This document shows, piece after piece, positions 62,562 to 64,000 of a stretch of 64,000 bases of DNA. Every line of letters starts with the position of its first letter. Position 1 is the first letter of the stretch. The notes beneath the pieces are model-generated. The model was not told the DNA's origin. It worked only from the letters and a program-made list of their open reading frames with translations, and ran no database searches. Origin of the DNA: Eledone cirrhosa. Taxonomy: Eukaryota. The position numbers and the translations under genes are program-made. The DNA lies in NCBI GenBank assembly GCA_964016885.1, contig OZ024742.1, forward strand, positions 58,528,001 to 58,592,000. The letters are read 5' to 3'.

Positions 62562-64000
62562 GGATTTTGGTAGATAGATTGAACATATAAATATTGCTCT
62601 GTTATAATATCGTACTAATTTAACAGATTTCACCCCCAAAAATGTCTCTATAAATTGGTGTTTTTTCTATAAGATATCGATTTATAAGCGAAATGTTTTA
62701 GTTGTTTCTTTTTGTTGACGTTTGTTGTTTTTATTCTTCCCATTGTATTTGGCCAACTTTTCTAATTTATTTTAGTGGCAAATGATTTTGTAGAAGCTAC
62801 TCTATATGTGTTTGTATTTATTAAGAATATGATTTTCAAAATCAACAAGTAATGAATATTCCAGTAAGAGAGAAAAAAAGGGGAAATACACGTCGCCATT
62901 CTCCCTTAATTACACAGTACAAGCAGTGAATGTAAAATCCTAAAGGTTTGTAGGAGGCAAAAGAAAGGGAGAGACATAAAATGAATTAGCATCAGAACAT
63001 TGTACAAGATCTATGACTGGTAAACAAGGAATGGAAGAATGTACTTGCCTTGGCTCGGAATAGGAAATGCTGGATTGCTCTGACTGCCTCGTGTCTCAAG
63101 ACATGGGAGCTCCTAAGTCTAAATAAACTACCAATGTTGCAACTGGTAAATCAACCCAATTCTCCAAAACTTTGACACTCACAGAATGTAGGGGACTCCA
63201 GATTGATCAAAAATAGAGTTGAAAATATGTTTTGATTAAAATTCTAGAGTCAGGTATTTTTATTTTATTTTATCACATAGGAAGTGTTGAACCTGCATTG
63301 ATTCCGATGAGGGCGTTTCAGTTGATTTGAGCAACAGAATCGCCTGCTCATGAAATTAACATGCAAGTGACTACAGACTATAACAGTTTTCAGGAAGATT
63401 CAGTATGACACAAGGTGAGATAAATTTGGTCCTTTGAACTAGAGGTACAACTCATTTTTGCCTGTTGAGTGGACTGGAGGAGCATAAATAAAGAGTTTTG
63501 CTCATGGACACAATGCAATGCTGGCATTTAGAAGAAGTGGGGGATAGTGTGAGTTCCTCAGTTGTTTGGGATAGGAAGGGCATCAAGCCATAGAAAACCT
63601 CTCAAACAAAGGGTAATGATGACTCTTCAGCTGTATCATAGACATGACAACTTCCTTAGTATTAATGCCACAATAAAATGAGTATGGGATTGTGTATCAG
63701 GCCTTGGCGAACCTGGAGATCAGAGACTTTGCTTGAGTAACGATAGGTCTTACCCTGACTAGTTGTGAAAAATGGACACTAAAAGACGACTGATGATGAG
63801 GCTGGATGAAAGTTGGAAGAGACTGGATGAAGGCTGATTGAAGAAAACTAGATGAATATTGCTGATAATGATGATCTTATTTTACTCTTCTGACTTCTTG
63901 GTTCAAATCAAACTGGAGCTGAATTAACTTTTCATCACTAGTGTTTCTATAGGAAGAGGGTGGGGCAATATTTTGGTAGAACATGGGTCTTCAGAATGAG

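Overview
AT-rich, microsatellite-laden eukaryotic DNA made mostly of transposable-element debris. The SINE families and repeat load suggest a cephalopod, probably Octopus (inference). The only clear host gene is an intact, intronless mitochondrial ribosomal protein L4 (MRPL4) ORF at about 61.4-62.4 kb (+). Mobile content: (1) a compact Ty3/Gypsy-order LTR retrotransposon (1-4126, minus) with a clear -1 frameshift slippery site and pseudoknot; (2) two Tx1/L1-clade LINEs, one 5'-inverted, both sitting at (ATT)n SINE tails; (3) many RTE-clade LINEs, including a family with a C4HC3 PHD finger inserted in the RT; (4) R4/Dong-, CRE- and Penelope-like fragments; (5) a deleted mariner, several MITEs and two tRNA-derived SINE groups whose 3' ends match LINEs in this same window; (6) a 42-bp minisatellite with higher-order structure. 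The most unusual locus is 53.85-54.9 kb. There a ~423-bp non-coding monomer carrying a minimal type I hammerhead ribozyme occurs as two greater-than-unit-length, differently phased copies in inverted orientation, which is what insertion of a retrozyme-like circular RNA would be expected to leave. All alignments were done by eye, and the boundaries of degenerate repeats are approximate.
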